Source of the DNA: Octopus sinensis
Lineage: Eukaryota
Length of the DNA: 64,000 nucleotides
Direction of reading: 5' to 3'
Assembly: GCF_006345805.1 (NCBI RefSeq)
Contig: NC_042998.1
Span: 75,144,001-75,208,000, forward strand
Shown here piece after piece: positions 1 through 11,760 of this stretch. A program made the position numbers and the translations under genes. The notes under the pieces are model-generated. The model was not told the DNA's origin. It saw only the letters and a list, made by a program, of their open reading frames with translations, and ran no database searches. How positions within the stretch are numbered: position 1 is the first letter of the stretch; every line of letters begins with the position of its first letter.

Positions 1-589
1 CGCTTATCTCCTTGTTAGAATTTCGTCTCCTAAAATAATTATCATTCTCTTATATAAATGGCTTATCTTTCGTCCAACAGGTTTTGAATTAGATATTTCA
101 CTATTCCAGAAATACGAAAGTCAAAATTATATCTAGTAAGAGTTAATAAGTTATAAGAATTCCCAAATATTTTGGCACGTTCGATGAACTTTGCCTTGAA
201 TAATTAAAGAAAACGTACTATAGAAAAATCTTAGTCTCATTTTCCAGTTCAATTTAAAACATGGAAACAGGAATAAGATCAATTGTTTGGCTTCGATTTT
301 AGTTAGGAAAGCAGAATTAAGACACCCTGGAGCTCTTGGCTGTTTATTTAATTGGATATAATTGTAATAACTTAAAACCAATGTTTTTGCATATTGCGAT
401 TTTGATGAAAATTGGCACATGAAAGGATGTTGGCAATAAAGCACTCACGTGATACACGAGAGTAGATTCCAGTAGGTAAATTAAATTTGGACAATTCCGT
501 TGTGTTCACCACAAAAAGAAAGTGCAATTTAACAAATGCAAAGTTTTAATTGGATATACATATGTAGATGTATGCATGCTTATATGTAT

Positions 590-706
590 ATTATGTGAGT
601 GTGTGAGCGAGGCGAGTGTGTGAGAGCGTATGTCTGTCTGTCTGTGTGTACGTGCGTCTGAGTGCGTGTCTACATATATCGTATGAGCATGTGTTTATAT
701 GACTGA

Positions 707-757
<51 letters not shown>

Positions 758-843
758 ATATATATATATATACAGACACACACACACACTAATATATATA
801 TATATATCATACATTTATATATGTGTGTGTGTGTCTGTGTATC

Positions 844-917
<74 letters not shown>

Positions 918-951
918 CATACATGCATAAGTATATGAGTGTTTGTATTGT

Positions 952-990
<39 letters not shown>
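590..990. repeat. Compound (TG)/(CA)/(TA)n microsatellites
   Basis: Directly visible dinucleotide runs; they explain the low-complexity ORFs in the track. Confidence 0.95.
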
Positions 991-992
<2 letters not shown>

Positions 993-1181
993 TATATAAA
1001 AGGGCTTAGTAAAGTAAATTACTTTGCCGCATACTGAACTCGTTAGAAATAGCAGCTAAAAAAACTTTTTATAAAACTATTTCTAACACTTAAAGAAAAC
1101 CTCTCTCATATAGTGTTTGCTCAATTCAACTCAAGGAAGTATGGGGGTAGAGACATTAAAAAATCAAATGCAAAGGTTATT

Positions 1182-1234
1182 TGAGTACGTACGTTTCAAG
1201 ATTAGTCAAAATCGACCCTTCTCTCATCAGCTCA
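1182..1234 (-). ncRNA. Minimal type I hammerhead ribozyme, copy 1
   Basis: Reverse complement reads UGAG-CUGAUGA-GAGA(AG GGUC GAUUUU GACU AA)UCUU-GAAAC-GUAC-GUA-CUCA: stem I, core, stem II and a palindromic stem III are all present. Confidence 0.85.
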
Positions 1235-1743
1235 GAATGCCCTTGTTTGAATTTGAAAACACTGAAAATGGGAGCATACCCTTTCGGCTTGTTATCGCTT
1301 CTGAAGATCTGCTCCAAACTAACAGTGCCAACAAACTCAAATATGCAAGCGAAGAATTTCTGCTCTCCCCTTTCCACCAGCGTGGGTTAAAATCAGCAAA
1401 CACTATGCTTTTTTCGGTAAAATCCGAGACATTAAGTAGAGAGAGATGAATTATAATTTCAACAATTGAGGGTAAAATTAATTAATTAATTAATCAATTT
1501 CACCAAGTATTCAGTATGCAAAGGGACCATTTAAGGCGAATTCAAATTATTACATTATATAAAAGGGCTTAGTAAAATAAATTACTTTGCCGCATACTGA
1601 ACTCGTTAGAAATAGCAGCTAAAAAAACTTTTTATAAAACTATTTCTAACACTTAAAGAAAACCTCTCTCATATAGTGTTGCTCAATTCAACTCAAGGAA
1701 GTATGGGGGTAGAGACATTAAAAAATCAAATGCAAAGGTTATT

Positions 1744-1796
1744 TGAGTACGTACGTTTCAAGATTAGTCAAAATCGACCCTTCTCTCATCAGCTCA
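1744..1796 (-). ncRNA. Minimal type I hammerhead ribozyme, copy 2
   Basis: Same sequence as copy 1. Confidence 0.85.
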
Positions 1797-2096
1797 GAAT
1801 GCCCTTGTTTGAATTTGAAAACACTGAAAATGGGAGCATACCCTTTCGGCTTGTTTTACCCTCAATTGTTGAAATTATAATTCATCTCTCTCTACTTAAT
1901 GTCTCGGATTTTACCGAAAAAAGCATAGTGTTTGCTGATTTTAACCCACGCTGGTGGAAAGGGGAGAGCAGAAATTCTTCGCTTGCATATTTGAGTTTGT
2001 TGGCAATTTTAGTTTGGAGCTGATCTTCAGAAGCGATAACAAGCCGAAAGGGTATGCTCCCATTTTCAGTGTTTTCAAATTCAAACAAGGGCATTC

Positions 2097-2148
2097 GAGC
2101 TGATGAGAGAAGGGTCGATTTTGACTAATCTTGAAACGTACGTACTCA
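2097..2148 (+). ncRNA. Minimal type I hammerhead ribozyme, copy 3
   Basis: GAG-CTGATGA-GAGA...TCTT-GAAAC-GTAC-GTA-CTC; predicted cleavage after A2144. Confidence 0.83.
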
Positions 2149-2649
2149 TAAACCTTTGCATTTGATTTTTTAATGTCTCTACCCCCATACTTCCTTGAGT
2201 TGAATTGAGCAACACTAATGAGAGAGGTTTTCTTTAAGTGTTAGAAATAGTTTTATAAAAAGTTTTTTTTGCTGCTATTTCTAACGAGTTCAGTATGCGG
2301 CAAAGTAATTTATTTTACTAAGCCCTTTTATATAATGTAATAATTTGAATTCGCCTTAAATGGCCCTTTGCATACTGAATACTTGGTGAATTGATTAATT
2401 AATTAATTAATTTTAACCTCAATTGTTGAAATTATAATTCATCTCTCTCTACTTAATGTCTCGGATTTTACCGAAAAAAGCATAGTGTTTGCTGATTTTA
2501 ACCCACGCTGGTGGAAAGGGGAGACAGAAATTCTCGCTTGCATATTTGAGTTTGTTGGCACTGTTAGTTTGGAGCAGATCTTCAGAAGCGATAACAAGCC
2601 GAAAGGGTATGCTTCCCATTTTCAGTGTTTTCAATTCAAACGGGCATTC

Positions 2650-2702
2650 TGAGCTGATGAGAGAAGGGTTGATTTTGACTAATCTTGAAACGTACGTACT
2701 CA
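2650..2702 (+). ncRNA. Minimal type I hammerhead ribozyme, copy 4
   Basis: TGAG-CTGATGA-GAGA...TCTT-GAAAC-GTAC-GTA-CTCA; predicted cleavage after A2698. Confidence 0.85.
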
Positions 2703-3212
2703 AATAACCTTTGCATTTGATTTTTTAATGTCTCTACCCCCATACTTCCTTGAGTTGAATTGAGCAAACACTATATGAGAGAGGTTTTCTTTAAGTGTTA
2801 GAAATAGTTTTATAAAAAGTTTTTTTTAGCTGCTATTTCTAACGAGTTCAGTATGCGGCAAAGTAATTTATTTTACTAAGCCCTTTTATATAATGTAATA
2901 ATTTGAATTCGCCTTAAATGGTCCCTTTGCATACTGAATACTGGTGAAATTGATTAATTAATTAATTAATTTTACCCTCAATTGTTGAAATTATAATTCA
3001 TCTCTCTCTACTTAATGTCTCGGATTTTACCGAAAACAGCATAGTGTTTGCTGATTTTAACCCACGCTGGTGGAAAGGGGAGAGCAGAAATTCTTCGCTT
3101 GCATATTTGAGTTTGTTGGCACTGTTAGTTTGGAGCAGATCTTCAGAAGCGATAACAAGCCGAAAGGGTATGCTCCCATTTTCAGTGTTTTCAAATTCAA
3201 ACAAGGGCATTC

Positions 3213-3265
3213 TGAGCTGATGAGAGAAGGGTCGATTTTGACTAATCTTGAAACGTACGTACTCA
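3213..3265 (+). ncRNA. Minimal type I hammerhead ribozyme, copy 5
   Basis: Same motif; predicted cleavage after A3261. Confidence 0.85.
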
Positions 3266-6200
3266 AATAACCTTTGCATTTGATTTTTTAATGTCTCTAC
3301 CCCCATACTTCCTTGAGTTGAATTGAGCAAACACTATATGAGAGAGGTTTTCTTTAAGTGTTAGAAATAGTTTTATAAAAAGTTTTTTTAGCTGCTATTT
3401 CTAACGAGTTCAGTATGCGCAAAGTAATTACTTACTACTAGCCCTTTTATATAATGTAATAATTTGAATTCGCCTTAAATGGTCCCTTTGCATACTGAAT
3501 ACTTGGTGAAATTGATTAATTAATTAATTAATTTTACCCTCAATGTTGAAATTATATATATATACATATATATAGAGAGACAGAGAGAGAGAAAGAGATG
3601 CGGGGGAGAGAGAGACATCGATACATATACATATACGTGTAAGAGTATGTATATGTGTGCTTGCGCGTATGTATGTGTGTATAATAGTACAGTTCCTATT
3701 AGAAGGGATTCAGATCCAACATGAAAAGTGGTTGAGAAAGAAATGTTTTTAAATAGCAATAACTTTTTTTAGTTTTATTTTAAACTTTTTATAATTTTTT
3801 TTTTGCAAGCAAATGCAGTTTGATGCTACTGCCAGCATCGTGTCAGTGCATGATCGACGAAATGGAACATAAGTAGAATTGTTTCATGCTGACTTTTGCT
3901 GTTTCCTATATAAATATGTATTATTTAATTTGATAAATAATTGACTAGTGTGCTATAAACAAATCAAGTTATTAATCTTTTATCCGAGAAACCTATTATA
4001 TATATGCATATATATATGTGTGTGTCTGTGTTTGTGTGTGTGTATGTGTGTACGTACGTATGTATATATACCAGATAGCAATTTAGAGTTCAAAGTTCAC
4101 AGCTCAGCCAAAGAATATTTAAACATCTTTGAAATATAACACTTATTCCGGAACACCTTATTAAGAAGATTCTCATTTATGTTTTCCTTTACTGAAGAAA
4201 GCTTCGTGATGTTTTCATACCATCTGAAAATGTGTAATGCTTTCGAATATATTAGAGGAGAGTTATCTACCGTCTTCAAATTTCAGTTAATCTGAATTAT
4301 ACTGTGTTCTATATAAATATATTTTTTTAACAACAAAGTGTTCTGAGATACATTTTAGTTATAATATATATATTTGTGTAGAAGATCTTTCAGCAAGTAT
4401 GGTGATTTTCGATTAGGACTGAAATTGTCAAATACCAAGATAAATGTTTGGAGAAATGTAAACGGAACTAATTAATTTAAAAAAAGAGGAAATGTTCATT
4501 CCAGAACGACATATGATGCGGTCTTTTAAGCATTAATTTTACCTACTATAGATGAGGTCACCTCAGTTTAAAGGTAACGATTTTGTACAAAAAGTGTAAC
4601 TTTTAAACAGATTTTAAAACTATTTGCTGAAATTTTCAAAAGAGAAAGAGGAAATGCTTATTACCATTTTGAAGATCTTATGACAGTACTCACTAAAGTA
4701 GGATCAGGTGACGGTGTTAAAGGAGGTGATGGACTATGATAGAAATAGCATAAAGTTTTTGAAGAATACACTCAAATTCGACCTGCAAACCCTAACAATT
4801 CATATTATATCTTGTGCTATGAAAATCACACTTAAAACAGAAAGACAGATTTGAGATCAGAGAGGAAACAATATTACTAAGACAAATCTTTTTCGAATTC
4901 CACCCTGCTCTGTCTGGATATACGAAGATAGGGTGTTAACACTCTGCCACTGAGGCATCTACTTTGTAATCCAACCTAATTTCAATCAGTATATCGACAT
5001 CCTTTCATTTCTATGGGTGAATGTCTATGTTTAAAGTGAACCTAGGTTTTGCTCAAATATATTACTCTAAATGTCCTTGAAATCCTAAATTTGTAAATGA
5101 AACCCCACTTCTATAAGCTTGATATCTTATGGTAAGTTTCACGTTTTATAGATGGGGCCCATCATTGTTGGGCGAATTTTATTAATAGGAATTAAATTTA
5201 CCTCCATTCGAAATGTTGCTTTACGTTTCATACCCACAGATTTCTGTTCAGTAAGCGTTCATTCAGAATATGATTACACAGTATGAATATAGTGTTTCAT
5301 TACCAGTAAATATCATTATCTAATTTACTATATTTATAAGTGTTTTACACAATCATCAAAAAGAATTCGCACATAAGTAGAAAATCATTTTTCTGATATA
5401 TGTTGAGACTTAGAGAGTTTAACGTACTTCGATCTATTTATCACACAGATTTGCCATTACTTAGGGTTTGCAACTGAAATATATTCGCAAATAGATTTCA
5501 AAATTTCGCTCTCAGACGTCATTTTCTGTAATTCGGTAATTATTTTGTAGTAGAGTTGAGCACTAATCTCAAGAAAATGTCGCCGTTTGTTTTATTTACT
5601 TATTCAACTTTTACTTATAGATACCTTTTATTATATAATACATTCATACACCGCATGATTACAAATATACTGTTCCTATAACTTTGAATATATCTACAAA
5701 CTAGCAGAAAGTAAAATCTATGTATTTCCTGATAACTGCAATGCAATGGGAAATTTCGAAATGTTTTCATGAAATAGATTTTGACAAAAATAAGCAAAAC
5801 GCGTGTCATTAGCTATAAGCATGAAAAAAAGAAAGCAGTTAAATTTCTCTTAGATAATCAGTTGTTTTGTTGAGCAACATGTCAGTTACCAAATTGCGTT
5901 TTGACATATTACTTTTCTTTTTAAATTTCGTTATTGATATCTTAGGAGAAGCTTCAATCTTGTATTTTACATCTGAACGGTTTAACTTGCAATAACAGCA
6001 AATATTATCACATAATACGATATAAATTGCTTTCGATGTACAAGTAAAGAAACACCGAAAATATGATTTGCAGTATTTTATCGATTAAATAAAATCACAT
6101 GGAAACCAGACAGATTTTCAATGTAGTGCAGTAATCAAAACGTTCGAGACAAAAATTTATTAGTTAAAAAAATTCCCAAAATAGTTAGCATTAAAAATAT

Positions 6201-7098
6201 TCAATCAGTGACTTTGAAGTTTATAGAAGCTTACTGGTTACCAAATATCTGATTACTGAAGCCAAGCCTCGAGTATATGTGACTTGAATGTCAATTGAAA
6301 CACAAAGTTCACAATTCCAACAGCATCATGTCTGCACATGTCTTACATATGCTTCTTTCTATGACCTACTGCCTTCGGCTATTGAAATTTTAAATAGATT
6401 TATCTGAATCTCTGCTTTAAATCGTAGGCGATAGTATAGCTGTTTAAACATTACGTGATACCTGCTATGATAATGAAACACAGACGACATGGAACATATT
6501 AACATTCTCTACAGAGTACAGCAAGAATCACGTGATAACAGTTCACGAGTTGGAATCCCACGAAAATGAGCGGTTGATGATATTAATAGATGTGAGAGTA
6601 TTTTAAATGTAAATTTATTGTTTCTAAAGTTTATTCTATTAAATTAGGTTCATAACTTTGTGTGTGCGCGTGTGTATGTATGTGTGTATGTGCCTGTATG
6701 TGTGTGTGTGTGTGTCTGTCTGTGTGTGTGTGTGTGTGTTGTGTGTGTGGTGTGTGCCCTCAAACAAAATCCAACATCTATTCATTCACGCACACATGTA
6801 TACTTATATTATGCAAGCATCCTTGTACATGGGTCTTACAGAGTTGCTACCATACTTCTATGAATAAATACGTAAATGATCTAGTCAGCCACACCCACCA
6901 TACGCGCACACAGAAATACAGACGCACACGCATGTTTGTTTTTTTTGTATCTCTAGCTCAGCATTCACTTCGTTCATATAGTCTACACATTAATATATGC
7001 ATGTTTCTATATTTTTAGATGTATGTGTGTATATATATACATATACATGCACTTACGCATATATATGCACAACTACACACACACACACACAGACACAT

Positions 7099-7137
<39 letters not shown>

Positions 7138-7800
7138 ATATTATATTATATTATATTTGTATTTTACATACAACCGAGTGTAAGTGCATATTTCTCTGTA
7201 TCTCGATAACTATGTTTTCGTGTATCTGAATTATATCTATTCTTGTCACTCATTTTTTTCTCCTATCTTTTATATCAATCTTCCTGTTTCTTCCCTCTAT
7301 TTCTATTACTTTCCTTCTTTTATCTCTTTTCTATTCTATTTCACTTTACAAATAATCATATTCTTTGTTTGATGTGATCTTTTTCTCTCTGTAACTTCCC
7401 AGAAGCTATGTATGTCTCTATCTGTGTTATATCACCACGTGATTTTAATGACAGTAACTCTTCTCAATCACCGCTAGTACCTTACCATCACTATAAATGC
7501 GTCACTCACCTTCACCGTCTTTGACAATGTGTATATATATATATATATATATATCCGTATTCTCCACCACCACACCTTGGCTTTTGTGTATCCAACTGCC
7601 CTTTACTTATATATATATATATATATATATATACATGCATACATATATATGTGTGTATGTATGTATGTATGCCTGAGAACATTTTGTAAAAAAAATTTAT
7701 AAAGGGTATTTTCCCGATTGTCGGCCTCCTGCGTTCGAGAATTCCTTTATTTTCTGCAGAATACTTTAATAATCATAAATTATTAAAGTGGCTTAACGAC

Positions 7801-8475
7801 ATTTAAAACCAAAAGACGCAAATGCAATGTGATGAAGGGTGAACGTCAACCCCAGCATTGCTAGAAATAAAAGTCAAATCAACTCTTAGACACGAAAAGA
7901 GCGAATTCTGTTCAACAGAGTACTATCCATACACTGACAAGAGAGACACTCTCCCCACAGCAAGAGAGGGCGCCAGAGCGGCTTACCGAATTCGAATAGA
8001 TAGGGTTATGTCTTCGTTATCAGTTTATGGATAGTACACTATTGGACAAAAACGTTCTATTTATGGCTATGTGTTGTTTTGGCTCTTAATTCTAGTGACA
8101 ATTATATTAGTGCCGTTTAGTTTTAAATTGAGTCTAAGCACTTTAATAATTTATAATTTTCGCTTTGCCATCATAGGGAATCAGCCATTAACTCCTATCG
8201 TATTTTCTATAAACTGACAAGTGGGGCTAGCTTAACACTAGGCAATGGAGTAGCGTGGCCGATAAGGATTCGAAATCGGCCGGCAGAACTGACGCCTTCT
8301 CTTGCGGTGAGGAAATTCTCTCCCTTGTCAGTCTATGGCTAGTGCTCTGTTGAACAGAAAATGCTCTATTCGTGGCTAAGAGTTGTTTTGGCTCTTATTT
8401 CTAGCAATACTAGTGCTGATTTGCACCGTTAGTTACTTTTAGTGAAGTTTGCATTTGTGTCTTTTGGTTATAAAT
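7801..8475. mobile_element. Diverged foldback/MITE-like element with ~200-bp terminal inverted repeats
   Basis: 7801-7996 aligns with the reverse complement of 8269-8475 (shared blocks ATTTA.AACCAAAAGAC.CAAATGCAA, TTGCTAGAAATAA, TTCTGTTCAACAGAG, CTGACAAG). A third partial arm copy lies at ~8020-8096. Confidence 0.7.
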
Positions 8476-8522
<47 letters not shown>

Positions 8523-8730
8523 AATATTAGGGAATAAATCCAAACTTACAGGGGAAAATCAGATTTAGGATTGAATCCAATTTTATAGCAAAATATTATA
8601 TTATATTAAATTAGAGATGAAACCACTGTTAGGCAAATCAAACAAAGAAAGACTTAAGCCAATACATAAGATTATTTTATTTATATTATTTAATTATATA
8701 ACAAAATTATTAAAATAATATAATTAATAT

Positions 8731-8798
8731 AACACTACGATCGTTTCATGGCTGTTAATTTCTTTAAATTTTCGAGTTACAGTCATTCATCAGGTGGT
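8731..8798 (-). ncRNA. Hammerhead ribozyme with long stem II
   Basis: Reverse complement: ACCAC-CUGAUGA-AUGACUGU...ACAGCCAU-GAAAC-GAUC-GUA-GUGUU. Confidence 0.75.
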
Positions 8799-8827
8799 TT
8801 AAATATTTAACTTGGCGAGGTTTAAAA

Positions 8828-8893
8828 ACCACCTGATGAATGATTGTAACTCGAAAATTTAAAGAAATTACAGCCATGAACGATCGTAGTGTT
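8828..8893 (+). ncRNA. Hammerhead ribozyme, inverted twin with one core A missing (GAAC)
   Basis: ACCAC-CTGATGA-ATGATTGT...ACAGCCAT-GAAC-GATC-GTA-GTGTT. Confidence 0.6.
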
Positions 8894-9029
8894 ATATTAA
8901 TTATATATTTTTTTAATAATTTTGTTATATATTTAAATAATATAAATTAAATAATCTTATGTATTGGCTTAAGCTTTTCATTGTATGATTTGCCTAATAG
9001 TGGTTTCATCTCTAATTTATATAATATAA

Positions 9030-9034
9030 TATAT

Positions 9035-9091
<57 letters not shown>

Positions 9092-9157
9092 GTGTGTGTG
9101 TGTGTGTGTATGTGTATGTATTATGTATATGTATATGTATATGTATATATATATATA

Positions 9158-9194
<37 letters not shown>

Positions 9195-9210
9195 ATATAT
9201 ATATATATAT

Positions 9211-9270
<60 letters not shown>
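9030..9270. repeat. (TA)n/(TG)n microsatellite
   Basis: Directly visible. Confidence 0.95.
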
Positions 9271-9273
<3 letters not shown>

Positions 9274-10111
9274 TTAGAAAAACACACCTTTTATCGATTC
9301 AATAATTAAAAATTAAGTTACACCATTTTAAAAAATTACATATAAAAAAGATTAAATATAAGATAAAACATAACGGGGGTGATTACCTCCCCTTTGCAAA
9401 TATAAGGACACAGAAAATATGTCAAAGCCGACAGGAAACGTCGATGTTTCCTAGGGCTAAATGGTGGTGGTGTAATTCCCTTACGGGACTGTCACATTGA
9501 GTTGACAGTATACAACCACTACATATATATATATATATAAACCTAAAAAAATGGAGTGTTGTACATCTTTTAATCAGCTTATGCACGTTTCGGACAGACT
9601 GTCAAATTCCAAAACTCTGTGACCAGTAATTATGCATAGTAATCGAACCCATGTTTTGATCTTCTTCGATTCTGCAATGATAGAGAAACATACATCTATC
9701 ATTATCAGAACGATATGTCACTACTTGCAGTAAAACTAACAATATCTGATCAGTATTAAGGCTGGCGGAGTTTCAGCAAACCTACTTGGGAATCGTGTTT
9801 ATCAGTTAATGCTAGAACTGTAATATAATACTTAGTTTTTTTCCAGTTCAGTCCCTTCCCGTCAACTTGATGAATCTTCTACGATTACATGTAGAACCAA
9901 CCTCTTCAATAGATAAATATTTAGACTACCATTGAAATGTCATTTGATTAGTATGAACTGTAATATAAAAATAATTAAGATGAATTAAGATACAAAATAA
10001 AGTTTAAACGATAAATTTAAGAACAGATTTATAATAAATTAATTTTTAAAAGGTTAAATATAATAATTAATCTAAATATAGTATTTAAGATAATAACAAT
10101 AGCAACTGCAA

Positions 10112-10174
10112 TATTATTATTATTATTATTATTAGTAGTAGTAGTATAGTAGTAGTAGTAGTAGTAGTAGCAGC

Positions 10175-10215
<41 letters not shown>

Positions 10216-10243
10216 AAGTAACAGCAGCAGCAGTAGTTGTAGT

Positions 10244-10298
<55 letters not shown>

Positions 10299-10320
10299 AT
10301 AATAATAATATAATAATAAT
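10112..10320. repeat. Compound (TAT)/(TAG)/(CAG)/(TAA) trinucleotide repeat
   Basis: Directly visible; source of the poly-L ORF. Confidence 0.95.
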
Positions 10321-11349
10321 TAGAAAATTAAGATAACTAAAATAATTAGATAAAACAGTAGTGTATCTACTAAATAATACTAAGTTAAATATATTAAATA
10401 CACCAGACCGAGAAAAGGAGCAGCAACCTGTTATATCAGGGTACACTAATCAGCATTCCATTTATTTCGGAAGGTTTTAAAGATTATTCTAAGTAAATGT
10501 ATACCACTTAATATTACTTCATTTCTTTTACTTAATAGTAGCTTAAAAGCCACACTCCGTGCGGACTTCTCAGATGGCTCCTGAGTAGGGCTAGTTGAAG
10601 CTGCAACACAAAACTAAACAGAGCTAAATAGCATGATGCCCCGGCGGTGTTTGATCAGATGTTAAGGACAGTTGAGAATAAATTTTGTAATGCAATCATT
10701 CTAAGGTTCCAGTCCCGAATTAAATTCCCGTAGTTGGCCGATGTGGCCCAAATTTCTTATGTCGACGTAAAAAGGAACGAAGCGAATGTCATTTATCTCC
10801 CCCTTGATCTCTAACGTCATCTGACAAAACGTCAAGGAAGCTGGTGTTAATCAGCCAAGTTTTACCTGCTAGAAATAGCAACCCAAATTCATTTAAATCA
10901 GATCCCAATGCTGTATATTTAAAAACCAACTGAAGGATAGATTTTCAATCCTGAGATCATCCTGATGCCAAGTAAATGTAGTGTGAGATACAGGAGTCCC
11001 AGAGAGACACATAGAATCCCGCTTTTCTTAATATAGATGATAGATTTCAATGTAATAAGCAGCATCCCCTCGAGAAAATAAGTTGCATTTTAGCTCCCCT
11101 CCCCACTTCCTCGTTACACGGTAGTGCATTACTTATTACAAAACGTTTGATATCATAACATTCCGCTATTTGAGTCTCTAAACAAATTTACTTAAAGAAG
11201 TGATGTTTTCTTTTTCTTTTCTATATTTAAAAGACGAAACCTGATTATATGATTTTGAACTAATATCATTTACGCAAGCACTTATATACCAGTAAGTACA
11301 TTCATTTTTTTTTTTGTTAGTGAGCATATTTAAACTAAGTTTATATACG

Positions 11350-11350
<1 letters not shown>

Positions 11351-11439
<89 letters not shown>

Positions 11440-11461
11440 CTGTAGATAGATAGATAGATAA
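11351..11461. repeat. (GATA)n tetranucleotide microsatellite
   Basis: Directly visible. Confidence 0.97.
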
Positions 11462-11559
11462 TGTTGTGTGTACGTTCAGATTTGTATAAGTACAAAATAT
11501 GCATACATTCAACAGAGTTTTGTGTGTTAAATATGAAAAATATAACCTTAATTATGCAA

Positions 11560-11760
11560 AAAAGGTCCTTCCCAAGTCATGTAGACTCATATGACCCGTT
11601 TACTGTTTCTGTTGCGTGTGTATTCTCCAATGGACCAGACACCTACCTGTCATAGGAATATTCATTTTTGCCAGCTGAGTGTACTGGAGCAAAGTGAAAT
11701 GAAGTGATTTGCTCAAGAACACAATGCATGACCCGGTTCAGAAATCGAAACCACAATATT
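11560..11760 (-). mobile_element. Decayed tRNA-derived SINE with CORE-like segment
   Basis: GAAATGAAGTGATTTGCTCAAGAACAC resembles the CORE-SINE motif, followed by the reverse complement of a B-box-like GGTTTCGATTTC. Confidence 0.5.

Larger units (their letters stand above)
989..3555. mobile_element. Tandem and inverted array of ~563-bp hammerhead-containing monomers (retrozyme-like)
   Basis: ACATTATATAAAAGGGC recurs at 989 and 1552 (period 563). Orientation flips at ~1855, then three reverse copies run to ~3555. Every copy carries a hammerhead core, and both ends abut (TA)n. Confidence 0.85.
8520..9030. mobile_element. Palindromic Penelope-like pseudo-LTR pair (head-to-head)
   Basis: Near-perfect inverted arms 8595-8803 and 8821-9030 with a ~17-nt spacer; each arm has a hammerhead; flanked by (TA)n. 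Confidence 0.75.

Noticed and set aside
1117-1449. 110-aa ORF (MLNSTQGSMGVETLKNQ...) repeated in each array unit
   Set aside because: Starts at a non-ATG codon, shows no recognisable domain, is broken by indels in other copies and lies antisense to the ribozyme.
989-3555. Array as CRISPR, Helitron tandem or plain satellite
   Set aside because: No repeat-spacer pattern and no TC…CTRR Helitron ends; the conserved hammerhead in every unit explains it better.
4097-4279. 60-aa minus ORF, and an F-box-like ITLIPEHLIKKILIY on the plus strand
   Set aside because: Too short, bounded by stops, no usable splice context for the F-box-like frame and no further motif.
9440-9470. GGAAACGTCGATGTTTCC hairpin resembling a hammerhead 3' half
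   Set aside because: No CUGANGA or stem II on either strand.
9570-9640. Minus-strand …UCUGUCC-GAAAC-GUGC-AUA hammerhead-like remnant
   Set aside because: The 5' core is unrecognisable and stem III does not pair.
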